A stretch of 64,000 nt of DNA from Chloroflexota bacterium (GTDB lineage Bacteria; Chloroflexota; UBA11872; JBHOQS01). Made by a program: the position numbers and the translations under genes. Below the pieces are notes generated by a model. It was not told the origin of the DNA. It searched no databases and worked only from the letters and a program-made list of their open reading frames with translations. Below, piece by piece: positions 36,675 to 46,516 of the stretch. How positions within the stretch are numbered: position 1 is the stretch's first letter; each line of letters opens with the position of its first letter. The stretch lies in assembly GCA_042408875.1 (NCBI GenBank), contig JBHOQS010000015.1:79299-143298 (forward strand), given 5' to 3'.

Positions 36675-38804
36675 GTGGGCTGTGCAGACGCGCACGCTGA
36701 ATCGGACCAGGTGACTATTCGCGTTAAAGTCGCGTTCCTCTTCACGGTGGGCGCGGCGCTGGTGCTCGGCAGCGCTACCTTCCTGGCGCTGTCCCTGTAC
36801 CAGCAGCAGGCCGACCAGTACCGCCGCCAGGCCGACCAGGCCCTCCGGGCGCAGCTCCAGCGCGGGCTTGACTCCGTCACCCCGCTGCTTGACCAGGAGC
36901 GCCTGAAGGCGTTGTCCGGCGCCGAAGTGGTGGCCAGTCGCGTGGCCGTGCAGAATGCCCTCTCGGGGGGCGATACACGCCAGCTCCTCCAGCTCTTAAA
37001 CACGCTGCGCGGGCAGTTGCGTCTGAGCCGCTTGGTGGCCGTCGATGCCAGCGGGAAGGTACTCGTCGCACAGCCTGCTACGAACCAGGCGTTCGACAGC
37101 TTCGGCCCGGTCAGGCAGGCGCTGCGGGGCCAGCCGGCTCCCGTAGCGCTGGTCGAGGCCGACGGGATCCTGGCCTACCTCTCGGCCGCGCCCGTAACGT
37201 CAGGCGGCGAAGTTATCGGCGCCGTCGTGGCCCTGGCGCAGCTTGACAATACGTTTTTCGCCAACGTCGCCCGCGTGACTGGGCACGAGGCCGCGCTGGT
37301 GATGGTGCAATCCCGCGAGCCGCGCCGGCTGCGGCTGGCAGCGCTCTCGCCGGGCATCAACCGCGGCTGGGCCTTTGCGGAAGATAAAACCGTCGATCCA
37401 CAGCTCTGGCTAGACAGCGGGGACAGGGTTACCCAGACCCGCCTCGGTGATGTTACCTATACCGTTGCTCTGCGCGCCCTGCGCAGCGGCAACCAGACGC
37501 TGGCCAACTTCCTGGTCGCCCAGCCGGTGCCGGTGCCGGGCGACCCGCTCGGGCCAACGCGCCAGTCGTTCATCATCCTGAGCATTGGCGCCACACTGCT
37601 CGCCGCTGTGGTCGGCTGGCTGATCGGCTGGGTGCTATCGCGCCGGCTCACTGTCCTGGCCACGGTGCTGCGCGCCGCGCGCGCCGGCACGCTGGCACCA
37701 CGCCTGCCTGCGGGGCGCGACGAGCTCGGCCGCCTTGCCAGTGAGGTGGTAGCCTTCCGAGACGAGCTGGCCGGCCGGCTGGCCCAGACCGCCAGGGTGC
37801 GCGACCGGCTGCGCGCAGTGCTGGACAGCCTCTCTGACGGCATCGTCGTCACGGACTCCCAGGGGGCGCTCCTCTATGTCAACCACGCTGCCTGCTGCCT
37901 GCTCGGCTTGCCAGAGCGCGAGGACCTGGGGGAGCAGGCGGTAGCGCCGCTGCTGGCCGCGCTGCCGGCCGCTGGAGAAGCGCATGAACTTCGCACCGGT
38001 GACCGCATGCTGCTCCTGCGCAGCGAGGAGGTCGCCGCCTGTGACAGCGCGGAGCGCGTGCGGGTGACCACGATCCGCGATGTGACCCAGGAGCATGCGC
38101 TGGAGCGCTTGAAAAGCGATTTCGTCTCCAGTGTCTCACACGAGCTGCGCACGCCACTTACGTCGATCAAGGGCGCTGTGGATCTGCTGCTGGAAGAACA
38201 GACCGGCAGGCTCACCGCCGTGCAGCGGCGCTTCCTCCACGCCATTCACCGGAACAGTGAGCGGCTGATTGCGCTTGTCAGCGACCTCCTCGATCTCTCG
38301 CGCATTGAGGCCGGCCGCGTGGAGCTAGACGTGCGGGCCCTGGACACCTTCGCGCTAGTGCGCGGCGCGGTGCTGGCGCACAGCGACCTCTTCGCTGCGC
38401 GAGAGCAGCAGGTCAGCCTGGAGGTGCCCGCGGACATCGCTCCCGTGCGCGGTGATCGCCAGCGCGTCGAGCAGATCCTGGCCAACCTCTTGAGCAACGC
38501 AGCCAAGTACACCCCGCGGGGCGGACGCATCTATGTCTCGGCGCGTGCCTGCGACGGTTATGTCGAAGTCGCCGTCGCAGACAGCGGGCCCGGCGTGCCG
38601 CCGGAGGAGCGTGAGCTCGTGTTCGAGAAATTCTACCGCGGCGGCGACGCCCTCACGCGCCAAGAGCAGGGCACCGGTCTGGGCTTGACGATCGTCAGAT
38701 CGCTGGTGGAGCTCCAGGGCGGCCGCGTGTGGGTAGAGGATGCGCCTGGCGGCGGCGCCCGCTTCGTGTTTACCCTTCCGCGAGCCGAGGGCGAGGAGGA
38801 GTAG
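36675..38804 (+). CDS. Sensor histidine kinase (HAMP, PAS, HisKA, HATPase)
   Basis: H-box SHELRTPLTSIKGAVDLL; N, G1, G2 boxes at C-terminus; start uncertain (GTG 36675 per ORF track, GTG 36711 alternative). Confidence 0.85.
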   Translation: MGCADAHAESDQVTIRVKVAFLFTVGAALVLGSATFLALSLYQQQADQYRRQADQALRAQLQRGLDSVTPLLDQERLKALSGAEVVASRVAVQNALSGGDTRQLLQLLNTLRGQLRLSRLVAVDASGKVLVAQPATNQAFDSFGPVRQALRGQPAPVALVEADGILAYLSAAPVTSGGEVIGAVVALAQLDNTFFANVARVTGHEAALVMVQSREPRRLRLAALSPGINRGWAFAEDKTVDPQLWLDSGDRVTQTRLGDVTYTVALRALRSGNQTLANFLVAQPVPVPGDPLGPTRQSFIILSIGATLLAAVVGWLIGWVLSRRLTVLATVLRAARAGTLAPRLPAGRDELGRLASEVVAFRDELAGRLAQTARVRDRLRAVLDSLSDGIVVTDSQGALLYVNHAACCLLGLPEREDLGEQAVAPLLAALPAAGEAHELRTGDRMLLLRSEEVAACDSAERVRVTTIRDVTQEHALERLKSDFVSSVSHELRTPLTSIKGAVDLLLEEQTGRLTAVQRRFLHAIHRNSERLIALVSDLLDLSRIEAGRVELDVRALDTFALVRGAVLAHSDLFAAREQQVSLEVPADIAPVRGDRQRVEQILANLLSNAAKYTPRGGRIYVSARACDGYVEVAVADSGPGVPPEERELVFEKFYRGGDALTRQEQGTGLGLTIVRSLVELQGGRVWVEDAPGGGARFVFTLPRAEGEEE

Positions 38805-38830
38805 CCAGGGGCGAGAAGGAGCCGGGGAGC

Positions 38831-39517
38831 ATGGAGATCCTGCTCGTCGATGACGATCCCGATATCGTGGACATCGTGAGCTACTCGCTACGGCGGGATG
38901 GCCATCAGGTGCTGGTCGCTCGCGACGGGCGGCAGGCACTGGAGATCGTCGAGCGTTCAGAGCCGGACCTGATCCTGCTGGACGTAATGCTCCCGTACAT
39001 CTCCGGGTTCGAGGTGTGCCGCCGCATTCGCCAGCGCAGCCGCGTACCGATCATCCTGCTCACTGCCCGTGGCGAAGAGGGCGACAAGGTGTGGGGCCTC
39101 GATCTGGGTGCGGACGACTATATCACGAAGCCCTTCAGCCATAAAGAGCTGCTCGCGCGGGTGCGGGCGGTCGCTCGCCGCACGCTGCTCGATGAACCGC
39201 GCGGCGAGCACGGGTCGCTCACCATCGGTGACCTGCACATTAACTTCTCGACCCGCGAGGTTTTCGTCGGAAGCCGGCAGGTTGAGCTCACCCCCAAAGA
39301 GTACGACCTGCTGCGCTGCCTGGCGCTCAACGCCGGCCGCCCGGTCACACACGAGGTGCTGCTGAACTTCGCCTGGGGCAGCAGCCGCTCTGAAGGCGAC
39401 ACCGATATGCTGAAAGTGCACATCCGTCACCTCCGTGAGAAGATCGAACGCAATCCCAGCGCGCCCGAGTACATCCTGACCGTGCGTGGGGTCGGCTACC
39501 GCATGCGGCGGCCGTAA
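38831..39517 (+). CDS. OmpR-family response regulator
   Basis: ORF 38729..39517 trimmed to ATG 38831 with GGGGAG RBS; receiver domain (LLVDDD, LILLDVMLP) plus winged-helix (ILTVRGVGYR). Confidence 0.9.
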   Translation: MEILLVDDDPDIVDIVSYSLRRDGHQVLVARDGRQALEIVERSEPDLILLDVMLPYISGFEVCRRIRQRSRVPIILLTARGEEGDKVWGLDLGADDYITKPFSHKELLARVRAVARRTLLDEPRGEHGSLTIGDLHINFSTREVFVGSRQVELTPKEYDLLRCLALNAGRPVTHEVLLNFAWGSSRSEGDTDMLKVHIRHLREKIERNPSAPEYILTVRGVGYRMRRP

Positions 39518-39593
39518 GCCGGGATCAATCAGGCAAAACTCCTGATGCGCAGCGCCCCGCCAGCCAGTACAACAAGCAGTGTGAACAAACTAT

Positions 39594-39617
39594 GTGGATG
39601 ATCACCTGATCATCCAC
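39594..39617. promoter_or_regulatory. Perfect palindrome GTGGATGATCA-CC-TGATCATCCAC
   Basis: 11-bp arms with a 2-nt centre, between the response regulator stop and the RBS of the NnrS-like gene. Confidence 0.45.
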
Positions 39618-39634
39618 CCGCCGGGGAGGAAGTA

Positions 39635-41080
39635 GTGACGCTTTCTGCCAATATGACGCATGCCCAGCCACTGCCAACGCGCCAGGCAGTGACACACGAA
39701 GGGCCGTTCAGCTTCCGTTCTTATCTTGTTGCCGCTTTCGCCCTTGCGCTCACCGCGGGGTTCGGCACCGGTGCTTACCTGGCAGCCGCTGCCTGGATCC
39801 AACCGTTGCCCGGCACGCTTTGGCCGGCGCTCGTGCAGATGCACGGCCACGCGCAGCTTTTCGGCTGGGCTGCGCTCTTCGTCTTCGGTATTCTGTTCCA
39901 TCTGCTGCCGCGTATGCGCGGTGCTGCGCCAACGCTGGCCCGGCCGGCGCTGCCGCTGCTGGGGCTGTACCTGACCGGGGTGCTCCTTCGTCTCGGCGGC
40001 CAGCTCGCGCTGGCGCTGGCTGGTGGCGCGGGCTTCTGGGCCCTGCTTCTTGGAGCGGGCGCGCTGCTGGAGCTGGCCGCCGGACTCGGCTTCACCGCCA
40101 TCATCGCTCGCATCTTGCGCGCTGGGCCCTCCCTGGCGACGCGCCAGGGGCTGAGCGCTGCGTTGCCCCTATTGATCCTGAGTGCGCTGAGCTACGTCAG
40201 CGCCACTCTGCTGGCCGGTGGGGGCGGGCTTGTGGCCGCCCTGGCGCGTTCTGCGGCCATCCCGGCTGCGCTCGCTGCATCGAGCGAGACCCTGGCTCTA
40301 TATGGCTTTCTGCTCGGTATCGCTTTCGGTGTATCGGCGCGTATGCTTCCGCTCTTCCTTACCGTGCCGGGCATCTCCGCCGCCCGGCTGCGCGCTCTCG
40401 CTGCACTCCTGGCGTTGGGCGTGGCGGGCCGCGCCATCGAGCCGTGGCTCGACGCTGCCACGGGGATTCTTGCTGGAGCCACAGGCTCGCTCGCGCTGGG
40501 CCTCGCCTTTCTCCTCTATGTGTGGGAGCTCGATCTGCCTCTGCGGCGCCGCCCGGTGCCGTGGCGAGCCAATCTGGAGCGCCGCAACGCGGCCCTGCGA
40601 GCCGCAGGCAAGCCCGACCGCGGGATTATGCCGGACAACGGAGAGTACGGCCGGTTCGAGTGGGCGGTGGTGCCGGCACACACCTGGCTGGCCCTTGCTG
40701 GGCTGCTGGCGCTGGCTGCGGGGGCAGGCAGGCTGCTGGGGTGGCCGGTGGCGGGGCTGCACGACGCCGAGCGGCACGCGGTCGCTGCTGGCTACCTGAC
40801 GGCGCTCATGCTGGGCATGGCCGTGCGGCTCCTACCGAACTTCACCGGCCGCCACCTGCGCCACCTCTGGCTGGTTGATATCCTGGCCGCAACCCTGGCC
40901 CTTGCGGCAGCCGGACGGACCGGCGGGCCGATCCTGGCGGCGCTGGGCGTCTCTTGGGCGCTGGCTGGAGCGCTGCCCGCCCTCGCCGGCATCGCCGGGC
41001 TGGCTGCGCTGGTGCTCACCCTCGTCCTGATCATGCCGCTGCTCTACCCGGTTCGGCCCCGCCAGCCCGCCACAGCGTGA
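39635..41080 (+). CDS. NnrS-like polytopic membrane protein (putative heme-copper NO-stress protein)
   Basis: GTG start with GGGGAGGAAG RBS; QMHGHAQLFGWA and internally duplicated LPNFTG / His-containing helices reminiscent of NnrS; about 12 TM helices. Confidence 0.6.
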   Translation: MTLSANMTHAQPLPTRQAVTHEGPFSFRSYLVAAFALALTAGFGTGAYLAAAAWIQPLPGTLWPALVQMHGHAQLFGWAALFVFGILFHLLPRMRGAAPTLARPALPLLGLYLTGVLLRLGGQLALALAGGAGFWALLLGAGALLELAAGLGFTAIIARILRAGPSLATRQGLSAALPLLILSALSYVSATLLAGGGGLVAALARSAAIPAALAASSETLALYGFLLGIAFGVSARMLPLFLTVPGISAARLRALAALLALGVAGRAIEPWLDAATGILAGATGSLALGLAFLLYVWELDLPLRRRPVPWRANLERRNAALRAAGKPDRGIMPDNGEYGRFEWAVVPAHTWLALAGLLALAAGAGRLLGWPVAGLHDAERHAVAAGYLTALMLGMAVRLLPNFTGRHLRHLWLVDILAATLALAAAGRTGGPILAALGVSWALAGALPALAGIAGLAALVLTLVLIMPLLYPVRPRQPATA

Positions 41081-41103
41081 TGGCATGCGCTCCCCAGGCA
41101 TGG

Positions 41104-41976
41104 CTACGGTGCAAGGGCAAGGCCGAAGACCCCGGCGGCGATCAAGAACGACCCGGCGACGCGGTAGCGCCCGTACGGCTCGCCCAGCACGATGGTGCCG
41201 AGCAGGGCGCCGAAGACGATCCCCAGCTCGCGGGCTGGGGCGATGTAGCTCACGCGGCTGAAGGTCAGCGCCAGCAGCACCAGCAGGTACGCCAGGGGTG
41301 CCAGCACTGCCGCCGCGATGATGGCGCGCTTGTGCAGCTCCCACTCCTCCACCAGCGCCGCGCGCCCGCGCCCCAGCACGACCGGCGCCGCGGCCAGGCC
41401 CTGGGACAGGAACACAAAATAGTTGTAGAGCGGCGGCGCGACCAGCTCGACACCGCGCTTGTCCCAGGTGCTGTACGCAGCGATCACCACACCCGTCGCC
41501 AGGGCGTACAGGAGGCCGGGATCACGCAGGGACGCGCGCAGCGCCGCCATGCTGGACGGCCTGAGCCCGCGCAGGTGCACCAGAAAGACGCCCAGCACAA
41601 TGGCGATGATCGCCGTGGCGCCACCAGGAGAGACGTGCTCTCCCAGCGCGAGCACGGCAATAAGCGGGATGAGGGCGATGCCGGTGCCGCGGGCCACCGG
41701 ATAGACCAGCGAGAGATCGCCGTGGCGGTAGGCCAGGCTGAGCAGGAAGAAGTAGGCGATGTGGAAGGCCATGGTCCCGCCGATGTAGAGCCAGCCCTCG
41801 GCCGGCACCGGGCGGACGAGCGCGGTCATGGCCGCCAGCGGCAGATAGAGCATCGCTGCTGTCGCGGTGAACGCCCAGCTAAAGACCAGCGGATCGCGGC
41901 TGCGCTTGGTGAGGAAGTTCCAGGCAGCGTGGGCGAAGGCAGATGCCAGCACAAGCGCCAGCGCTACCCCGGTCAT
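41104..41976 (-). CDS. EamA/DMT superfamily transporter
   Basis: 290 aa, about 10 TM helices, duplicated EamA-like halves. Confidence 0.8.
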   Translation of the reverse strand: MTGVALALVLASAFAHAAWNFLTKRSRDPLVFSWAFTATAAMLYLPLAAMTALVRPVPAEGWLYIGGTMAFHIAYFFLLSLAYRHGDLSLVYPVARGTGIALIPLIAVLALGEHVSPGGATAIIAIVLGVFLVHLRGLRPSSMAALRASLRDPGLLYALATGVVIAAYSTWDKRGVELVAPPLYNYFVFLSQGLAAAPVVLGRGRAALVEEWELHKRAIIAAAVLAPLAYLLVLLALTFSRVSYIAPARELGIVFGALLGTIVLGEPYGRYRVAGSFLIAAGVFGLALAP

Positions 41977-42018
41977 ATGCGCCGCCCGGCCGGCCGCCTG
42001 CCCGCGCTGCCCAGGTAG

Positions 42019-43995
42019 CTAGATGCCCCGGCCGGCGCCCGACCGGTCCAGCGCCGGCACTGTCGAGGCGAGCTCCAGGCCGGCCTCCGCACGGGGGCGC
42101 TGGCGGAACTGCAAGCGGTAGAGCCGTGCATACAGGCCATTGCGTGCCAGAAGCTCCTCGTGCGTGCCCTGCTCGACCAGCCGGCCCCGGTCGAGCACCA
42201 GGATCAGGTCGGCCGCCAGGATCGTTGAGAGCCGGTGCGCGATCACTAGGCTGGTCCGGCCCTTCATCAGCGGCTCCAGCGCAGCCTGGATCAGCGCCTC
42301 AGAGGTGGAGTCCAGGGCACTGGTAGCCTCGTCGAGGATCAGGATGCGCGGGTTCTTCAGGATAGCACGCGCGATCGAGACGCGCTGCTTCTCTCCGCCT
42401 GAGAGCCGAAAGCCGCGCTCGCCGACAACAGTATCATACCCCTGCGGCAGCGACATGATGAAATCGTGGATGTACGCGGCCTTGCACGCCGCGATCATCT
42501 CTTCCTCGGTAGCGTCCGGGTTGGCGTACAAGAGGTTCTCCCGCAGGCTGGCGTGGAATAGGAACGTTTCCTGCGTGACCATGGCGATCTGCCGCGTCAG
42601 CGACTCCAGGGTGACGTCGCGCACGTCGTAGCCATCGATCAGCACCCGGCCGGCCGTCGGATCGTAGAAGCGCGGCACGAGGTAGGTGATCGTGGTCTTG
42701 CCGGCGCCGCTCGGGCCCACCAGCGCCACAAGTTGGCCAGGCTGGATATCGAACGAGACATCGTGGAGCGCCAGCCGCCGCTCCTGCCGCGCCGCAGCCT
42801 GCCCTCGGCGCCCGACCTCCGCGGCTTCATCCAGGGGCTGGTAGGCAAACGACACATGCTCGAAGGTAATGCGGCCTTTGATAGAGGACAGTACGATGGC
42901 ATTCGGCCGCTCCTCGATCTCCGGGCGCATGTCCAGGTACTCGAAGATGCGATCGAAGAGCGCCAGCGCGCCCTGGATATCCACGTAGATGTTGGCGAGC
43001 TGCGTGACCGGACGGTAGAGGTTGCTCAGATACGCCACGAAGGCGACCACCGTCCCGACGCTGAGCTCCTGCTGAATAGCCAGGTGGCCGCCGTACCAGT
43101 AGATCACTGCCGGACCGGCCGCGCTCAGAGCCCCCAGCGCCATGAAGAACCAGCGCCCCACCATGGCCTGCTTGATCTGCAGGGCCATGAGCTCAAGGTT
43201 CTTCCGGCGGAAGCGCTCTCGTTCGTAGGCCTCCCGCCCGAAGATCTTGGCCAGCACGAAGCCGCTGATCGAGAGCGTCTCCTGCATGATACTGGTGAGT
43301 TCTGCCTGCTTCTCCTGGGCCTGCCGCGAGATGCGATGGCGGATCCTGCCCACGCCGCGCGTCGGCAGCACAAATGCCGGCAGCACCACCAAGGCCAGGA
43401 GCGCCAGCTTCCAGTTCATGGCGAAGATGACGACCAGCGTGGACAGGACCGTGAGCACGTTGGTCACGATGCTGACCAACGTGCCGGTGACCACCCCCTG
43501 GACACCGCCGACATCGTTGGAGACGCGAGACATGATCTCGCCGGTGCGGGTGGCCGTGTAGAAGCGCAGGCTCATGCGCTGGAGGTGCGCATAGAGCTGG
43601 TTCCGCAGATCGAACATGATGCCCTGGCCGACCCGCACGTTGAGGTAGTTCTGCGCCACGCCGATCAAGCCGTTGGCTACCGGCACAGCTAGCATGGCCA
43701 GCACCAGCAGGTTGAGCAGGCTGGCCTCGCCGTACGGAATGGCATGGTCGATGATGGCGCGGACGATCAGGGGGGGCAGCAGACCGATGACGCTGGTTGC
43801 CGCCACGCAGGCCAGGATCAGCAGCCAGCTCTGCCAGTACGGCGTCAGGTACCCGGCGATACGGCGAAGCTGTGCGACCTCGACCTGGACCGGCGGGCCG
43901 TCATGGCTGAAGCGCATGTGATCCAGGCCAAAGGTGCGTCCCCCCATGCCGCCAAACGCGCGGCCGCCTCCACCGTATCCCCCGTACCAGCTCAC
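42019..43995 (-). CDS. ABC exporter, fused permease/ATPase (MsbA/multidrug type)
   Basis: 6-TM domain then Walker A GPSGAGKTT, signature LSGGEKQR, Walker B ILILDEATSALD; Gly-rich N-terminal tail; start overlaps MerR stop. Confidence 0.9.
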   Translation of the reverse strand: MSWYGGYGGGGRAFGGMGGRTFGLDHMRFSHDGPPVQVEVAQLRRIAGYLTPYWQSWLLILACVAATSVIGLLPPLIVRAIIDHAIPYGEASLLNLLVLAMLAVPVANGLIGVAQNYLNVRVGQGIMFDLRNQLYAHLQRMSLRFYTATRTGEIMSRVSNDVGGVQGVVTGTLVSIVTNVLTVLSTLVVIFAMNWKLALLALVVLPAFVLPTRGVGRIRHRISRQAQEKQAELTSIMQETLSISGFVLAKIFGREAYERERFRRKNLELMALQIKQAMVGRWFFMALGALSAAGPAVIYWYGGHLAIQQELSVGTVVAFVAYLSNLYRPVTQLANIYVDIQGALALFDRIFEYLDMRPEIEERPNAIVLSSIKGRITFEHVSFAYQPLDEAAEVGRRGQAAARQERRLALHDVSFDIQPGQLVALVGPSGAGKTTITYLVPRFYDPTAGRVLIDGYDVRDVTLESLTRQIAMVTQETFLFHASLRENLLYANPDATEEEMIAACKAAYIHDFIMSLPQGYDTVVGERGFRLSGGEKQRVSIARAILKNPRILILDEATSALDSTSEALIQAALEPLMKGRTSLVIAHRLSTILAADLILVLDRGRLVEQGTHEELLARNGLYARLYRLQFRQRPRAEAGLELASTVPALDRSGAGRGI

Positions 43996-44528
43996 GCGTC
44001 CCTCTCCTCCTCGAGCTGCGCCAGACGCTCTCGCAGCCTGGCCAGCCGATGGGCATATCGTTCACGCAGCGCCTGCATCTGGGCGATGCGCCCGTCGATG
44101 GTGGCAAGCTGCTCCTGGAGCACCTCGAGGGCCTGCTGGATCACCGCGCGCTTTTCAGCGGGATCGCTCGCTCGCTTGCGCTCTTGCCGGAGCTGGTGCA
44201 GGAGCTCGTCAGCCTCGACAATACGCTTAATCTCGGCGAGCGAGATGCCCAGCAGCCGCTTGAGCTGCACGATATTTTCCAGGCGGCGCACATCCGCTTC
44301 CGTGTACAGGCGGAAGCCACCTTCCATGCGCGCCGCTGGCGGCAGCAGGCCGATTTCCTCGTAGTAGCGCAGGGTGCGTTGGGTGAGCCCGGTGCGCTCT
44401 GCTACTTCGCCGATCTGCATGTAGCGCGGCTCGCCGCCGTTCGTCTGGCCGCCCTCTGGCGGATCAGACAACGCCACGTTCTCCGCGGCGCGCTCCGTTG
44501 AGCTCTTCCGCATAGCCCCTGCCTTCAT
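43992..44528 (-). CDS. MerR family transcriptional regulator
   Basis: MQIGEVAERTGLTQRTLRYYEEIGLL HTH and C-terminal coiled coil; GGAGAGAGGAG RBS. Confidence 0.85.
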   Translation of the reverse strand: MKAGAMRKSSTERAAENVALSDPPEGGQTNGGEPRYMQIGEVAERTGLTQRTLRYYEEIGLLPPAARMEGGFRLYTEADVRRLENIVQLKRLLGISLAEIKRIVEADELLHQLRQERKRASDPAEKRAVIQQALEVLQEQLATIDGRIAQMQALRERYAHRLARLRERLAQLEEERDA

Positions 44529-44627
44529 CGCAGGCTCCTCTCTCCAGAGACTAGCATACCTTTACGTTAACGTCAAATTTTGAGGCGCGATATCACGCGA
44601 GAGCGTGTGCCAGTGGGGCCGGCAGCC

Positions 44628-46205
44628 TCAGCGCCGCCGCTTGCGCCGGAAGAACATATCCCGCAGCGGCTGTCCCTGGCGGTAGTGGAACCAGATGCGG
44701 TTCACCTCGTCCAGCGGCTGGGGCTGCGCCGGAGGCGCCTGGGGCGCAGCGTCCGGTTCGGCTGCTGAAGAGGCTGGAGCTGGAGAGACGACATCGGCCA
44801 GCGTCGAAGGCTGAGCCGGCTGGGCGGGCCGCGAGGCTTCCTCCGGCGGAGGCTCGCTGTGGCGTAGAGGTGGCGCCGCGCTCTGGCGCACCGACGCCGG
44901 CGCCGCAGAAGGATTTCCCAGCTGCGCGGGAACGGGCTGTGGCTCAGCTGTCGGGGTCGGCATCTCCAGTGGCACGCCGGCCCGCTGCGAAGGCGGCTCG
45001 GCCGGTCGGCGCGGGGCGTCCTCCTTTGAAGGCGAAGCCGGACGAGGCTGGGAAGGCGGTACGTCCGGCTGCACAGGGGGCGCGGGCCGCGGCGGCGGGC
45101 GCACCGCTCTCGTCGGTGCCGCTGCCTCGAGCGTGCTGGCCAGAGCAGGGTCATGGCCGCGCAGCAGCTCGACCAACCAGGTGAATACCGGGAGGCGGTG
45201 TTCGATAGCGATGGCATGCGCCGCTGCCACCTCACGGGCGATCAGTGCTACAAGCTGCGGATGGACCTCGATCAGCGCCGCAGCCAGCCGGCGCCATTCA
45301 CTCCGCACCTCCTCGCGCCGGCCGGCGTCGGGGAAGTAGATCAGTCGCAGCGCCACCTGCCCGCTAGACATGCTGTCGTTGAAGCCAAGCTCTCGGAACG
45401 CCAGCGCCTCGGCGCCAGGCTGCATCGAAGCGGGCTGCGTGGAACCAGGCGCGATCCCGGCCATGGCGAGCCACTGGTAGCGCGCCAGCACCCGGCTGAG
45501 CACAGATGCCTGCGCGTCTCTCGACGGCCCGTGCATGCTTAGGTACAGGTACGCGCGATAGTAGTCGGCAGCGCGCTCTCTATCCTGCCGCTGGAGCTGG
45601 GCACTCCTAGCAAGCAAAGCGGCATGCAGAGCAGTGGCGCGCGCCAGGGCATAGCGCGCCAGGAGCTGGCCGAGTGGCGCTGCGGGCTCGGGCGCGCCGT
45701 GCGCTCCTCTAGCGGCCAGGCGCTGCGTCACTGCCTGGAGAATCGTTCCGGCGGTATCACTAGCACCCGGCTGCTCCGGGTGCGGCGGCGTTGAGGACTG
45801 CTGCATCGCCTGGCGCACGTCATCGACGAGCAACTCCGTCCAGGTATAGCCGTCAGGCAGGCCAAGCTGCGCCGGGGTGACGAACCGGTGAGGCCGGTCT
45901 AGTTGCACGCGGGGTGGCGGCGCTGCGCCGGGCTCGGCGCCAGTCCGGGCCTGCGGCGAATGACCGAGCGGCGCACGCGCTGCCGCATGCGCTTCCGCAC
46001 CACACCATCCCTCCTGCAACAAGGCTGTGGCGACGCGCAGGGCATCCCAGGCGCGGCGAAAGGCAGCGCGCGCCTCCCCTGTATGCCCTCGCTCATCCGC
46101 CGCCAGTGTCTCCCGCAGGGCGGTCGCGGCCAGGCTCAGGGCTGCCACAGCCGGCTCATGCGGTGTCGCCATGGCTGATAGCTCCCTTTGGCGCCCCCAG
46201 GCCAA
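44628..46205 (-). CDS. Hypothetical protein with long Pro/Ala-rich disordered C-terminal region
   Basis: 525 aa ORF, no competing long ORF on the opposite strand; no recognised domain; basic C-terminal tail RIWFHYRQGQPLRDMFFRRKRRR. Confidence 0.45.
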   Translation of the reverse strand: MAWGRQRELSAMATPHEPAVAALSLAATALRETLAADERGHTGEARAAFRRAWDALRVATALLQEGWCGAEAHAAARAPLGHSPQARTGAEPGAAPPPRVQLDRPHRFVTPAQLGLPDGYTWTELLVDDVRQAMQQSSTPPHPEQPGASDTAGTILQAVTQRLAARGAHGAPEPAAPLGQLLARYALARATALHAALLARSAQLQRQDRERAADYYRAYLYLSMHGPSRDAQASVLSRVLARYQWLAMAGIAPGSTQPASMQPGAEALAFRELGFNDSMSSGQVALRLIYFPDAGRREEVRSEWRRLAAALIEVHPQLVALIAREVAAAHAIAIEHRLPVFTWLVELLRGHDPALASTLEAAAPTRAVRPPPRPAPPVQPDVPPSQPRPASPSKEDAPRRPAEPPSQRAGVPLEMPTPTAEPQPVPAQLGNPSAAPASVRQSAAPPLRHSEPPPEEASRPAQPAQPSTLADVVSPAPASSAAEPDAAPQAPPAQPQPLDEVNRIWFHYRQGQPLRDMFFRRKRRR

Positions 46206-46516
46206 GCTCCCCCCACACCATCCTGTGCACTAACACCAGTACTGCGCCCAGTCTACACGATGGCATGCCCGGGGCATAGGGGCGATCTCCCTGATCCCGC
46301 CCGGCCAGGCCCTCAGATACAGGAGCGATTCTCCCCTCTGCCCTGGCGCACTGCTCTATGCGAAACCGCACCGGCAATGCCAAGCGCGCCGGGCGGTGCC
46401 AGGGAGGCAATGCTACAATACTGGTGCGCAATGCTGGTGTGGCAGCTCCGAACGAATGCCTGGAGGCGAACGCGCGCCGATCGGGACCGGCGCGCCCTGC
46501 ACGGTGATGCTTTGCT

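Noticed and set aside
39820-40878. 352-aa plus-strand ORF
   Set aside because: Alternative frame within the NnrS-like membrane protein gene; Arg/Ala-rich with no hydrophobic helices.
40954-42018. 354-aa plus-strand ORF
   Set aside because: Antisense to the EamA transporter gene and the start of the ABC exporter; low-complexity.
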